A stretch of DNA of 64,000 nucleotides from Cetorhinus maximus (Eukaryota): the NCBI RefSeq assembly GCF_964194155.1, contig NC_135902.1, positions 43,834,001 through 43,898,000 of the forward strand, given 5' to 3'. Positions 62,017-64,000 of this stretch are shown here, in pieces (the first letter of the stretch is position 1; each line of letters starts with the position of its first letter). A program made the translations under genes and the position numbers. The notes beneath the pieces are model-generated. The model searched no databases. It saw only the letters and a list, made by a program, of their open reading frames with translations, and was not told where the DNA came from.

Positions 62017-64000
62017 GTAAGTGTTTTCAGCTCTTTTATCGCTCTCTAGATCCCCGGGATAATACGCGTTTCCGACAGGCGAGGGTTCCTTGCCATGGAA
62101 CCCGGGGCCCCCTTTGGCTGGCGTTACCAGGGCAATGGAGGGTGTTCGCCCCCCCCCGGGGTCCCTGGAACCAGTGGCAATGCTCTGCCCTGGGCTGCTT
62201 CCATCAGGAAGTTCAGCTGTAAAAAATATATCTGTGGTCTCGCCCAATTCCTGTGCCACTGCTGCAGAGAGATCTGGTTAATAATAAAAGGAATATGAGG
62301 TGGTCAATAAAAGTATGGAAAAAAATCTGATTGTCAATCATTATTACATCCCCCAGGTCCTGCAAATCGATGGCACCTGTTACAACTTGTGACATCGTTT
62401 TGCAACTGTTTGATATAAACTTTTCCCCCATTTCTGTATCCTGCAGTCTTTTTGCAACCATGCCCTTCTCTTTTGCTTTAAGTGGGAGTACGGTATTATT
62501 CAGTTATTAAACCTTAGTGATGTTTTCCATTGGAAATTGGGCTGTCTGTTACGACCAGAATAAGATCTATTTCCTGTGGGAGTGAGTTACCAGCTTTGGG
62601 CATGTGTTTTCAGATTTAAAGTCTTTCATGTAGTGATTCTGTCATGATTGGTCCCACAGATTTACATATACTATGTAAATTTCTGTATATTTAAGTATGA
62701 TTATAAGTTTAAAAGTATAGTGACAATGACTGCTTGGCTACCTGATCGATTAGCTACACTTTTATTTTGGTTTTGGCCTGTGGGTGCCCCTGGGAAGACT
62801 CCATTTCTTTCTAACCACTTGTGGCCTGTGGCAGTGTTGCTGGTCTCTTTTAGCCTGGTAACTACTGAGTTACTTTGAATATTGTGGTTTATACTGACTG
62901 TCTGCCTGGAATGAATCACAATCGATCCCAATCACACTTTTTCTTCTCCATCTCTCTCTTTTCCAACCACCACCACCCAAATCAGAAGTGTGCATCCACA
63001 TGGAGAGTTTCACTCCTGAACCTGAAATTGATTCTGCATCATAGCAAAGTGGAAAACTCGTCATGACGTTGTATGAGTAGCACTATAATTATGCTGTGGC
63101 CCATTTTAATGGCACTACTGTAACGGATTGTAACTCAAACTATGATGCATCAATGAGAAAGATAAAATGTTAATATTTCTCAAGAAAGCGTTTTAATATG
63201 AAATGAGTAGGGTCGATATCCAACCATCTTGCCCTCCTCCAGCCAGCCTTGGGGCAGACTTATGTGGCACTTGGCAGTGGATTGAGTATCTCTAATCCTA
63301 GCTAGCAACAGAGAGCCGTGTATTGTTTATGGTTGGGATTATTTACAATAGTTTGAACACTATTTCCCTGTAGATTTATGGGAGCCAATTCGCTTAGTGT
63401 ATAGGTTTTAAACTATGTTGGTTTCTCCCCCATAAAATCCTAATTCAACATCCTAATTCATTAGTCTTCCATAAGAATTTTGGTAATGACTGATATGAAA
63501 TACCTGAGGTAAGTTGAACCAAAGTTAATTGCTCTGTTAGTTTTATTACCATTTATTGCAGATTACTTGGAGTCATGTTTCTCCAGTGAACTGTCTTGTC
63601 GGTTGCACCATTCACAAAGATCTGCTGGTGATCATACAGCTATGTGCATCTGAGCTAAGGTTTAATAGAAAACCAAACCAAAGCTTCCGAGAGATTGGCT
63701 GGTGGCCTACCGGAGCTAAGTCAGTTGCTCAAACTTTACCCAGCTTCAAAGTAAGGAATTGGAATTAGCAAGACTTCCCTACTTTAATACTGCATGCACT
63801 TTTATCAGTCTGATCCTCTAAGGGATGAGCAATTGCTTTAGCTACTCTCCTTTTTATGCACTTGGAAAAGCTCTTAATGTTTATTTTTATATCTTTGACT
63901 GTTTACTCAATCTATTTTAAAATTAGTCATAGGAATGGCAGCTGTAGGAAGTGAAGGAGAACTGGATAAGGTTTTTTTTTTATTTTTGCAGACTTATTGT

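Larger units (their letters stand above)
61100..62170. promoter_or_regulatory. CpG island and probable bidirectional promoter of COG1 and a divergent gene
   Basis: High CpG density. Six NRF1-like GCGC-core motifs at 61664-61830, GC box GGGGCGGGGC near 61891, ETS motif GCGGAAGT at 61913-61920. Confidence 0.85.

Overview
This is vertebrate genomic DNA. The repeat complement (CR1/HER1-like and L2 LINE pieces, Penelope pLTR pieces) suggests a cartilaginous fish, which is an inference. The main feature is a complete 14-exon COG1 gene on the minus strand (ATG 61447, stop 25640, 2964 nt CDS, about 987 aa, all GT-AG junctions in frame). COG1 starts in a CpG island that looks like a bidirectional promoter, with six regularly spaced NRF1-like sites and a divergent plus-strand non-coding first exon. 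A second promoter or first-exon-like region of an unidentified gene lies at about 14.9-16.8 kb. COG1 intron 4 holds a near full-length Neptune-type Penelope-like retroelement (RT plus GIY-YIG, two pLTRs, target-site duplication) whose pLTRs carry minimal hammerhead-ribozyme folds with a non-canonical core. Also present are remnants of a second hammerhead-bearing Penelope-like family, four copies of a 3-bp-TSD MITE with co-varying internal hairpins, a decayed RTE LINE, a tRNA-derived SINE with an RTE-like tail, and many CR1/L2 fragments. All calls come from manual reading; no searches or folding programs were run.
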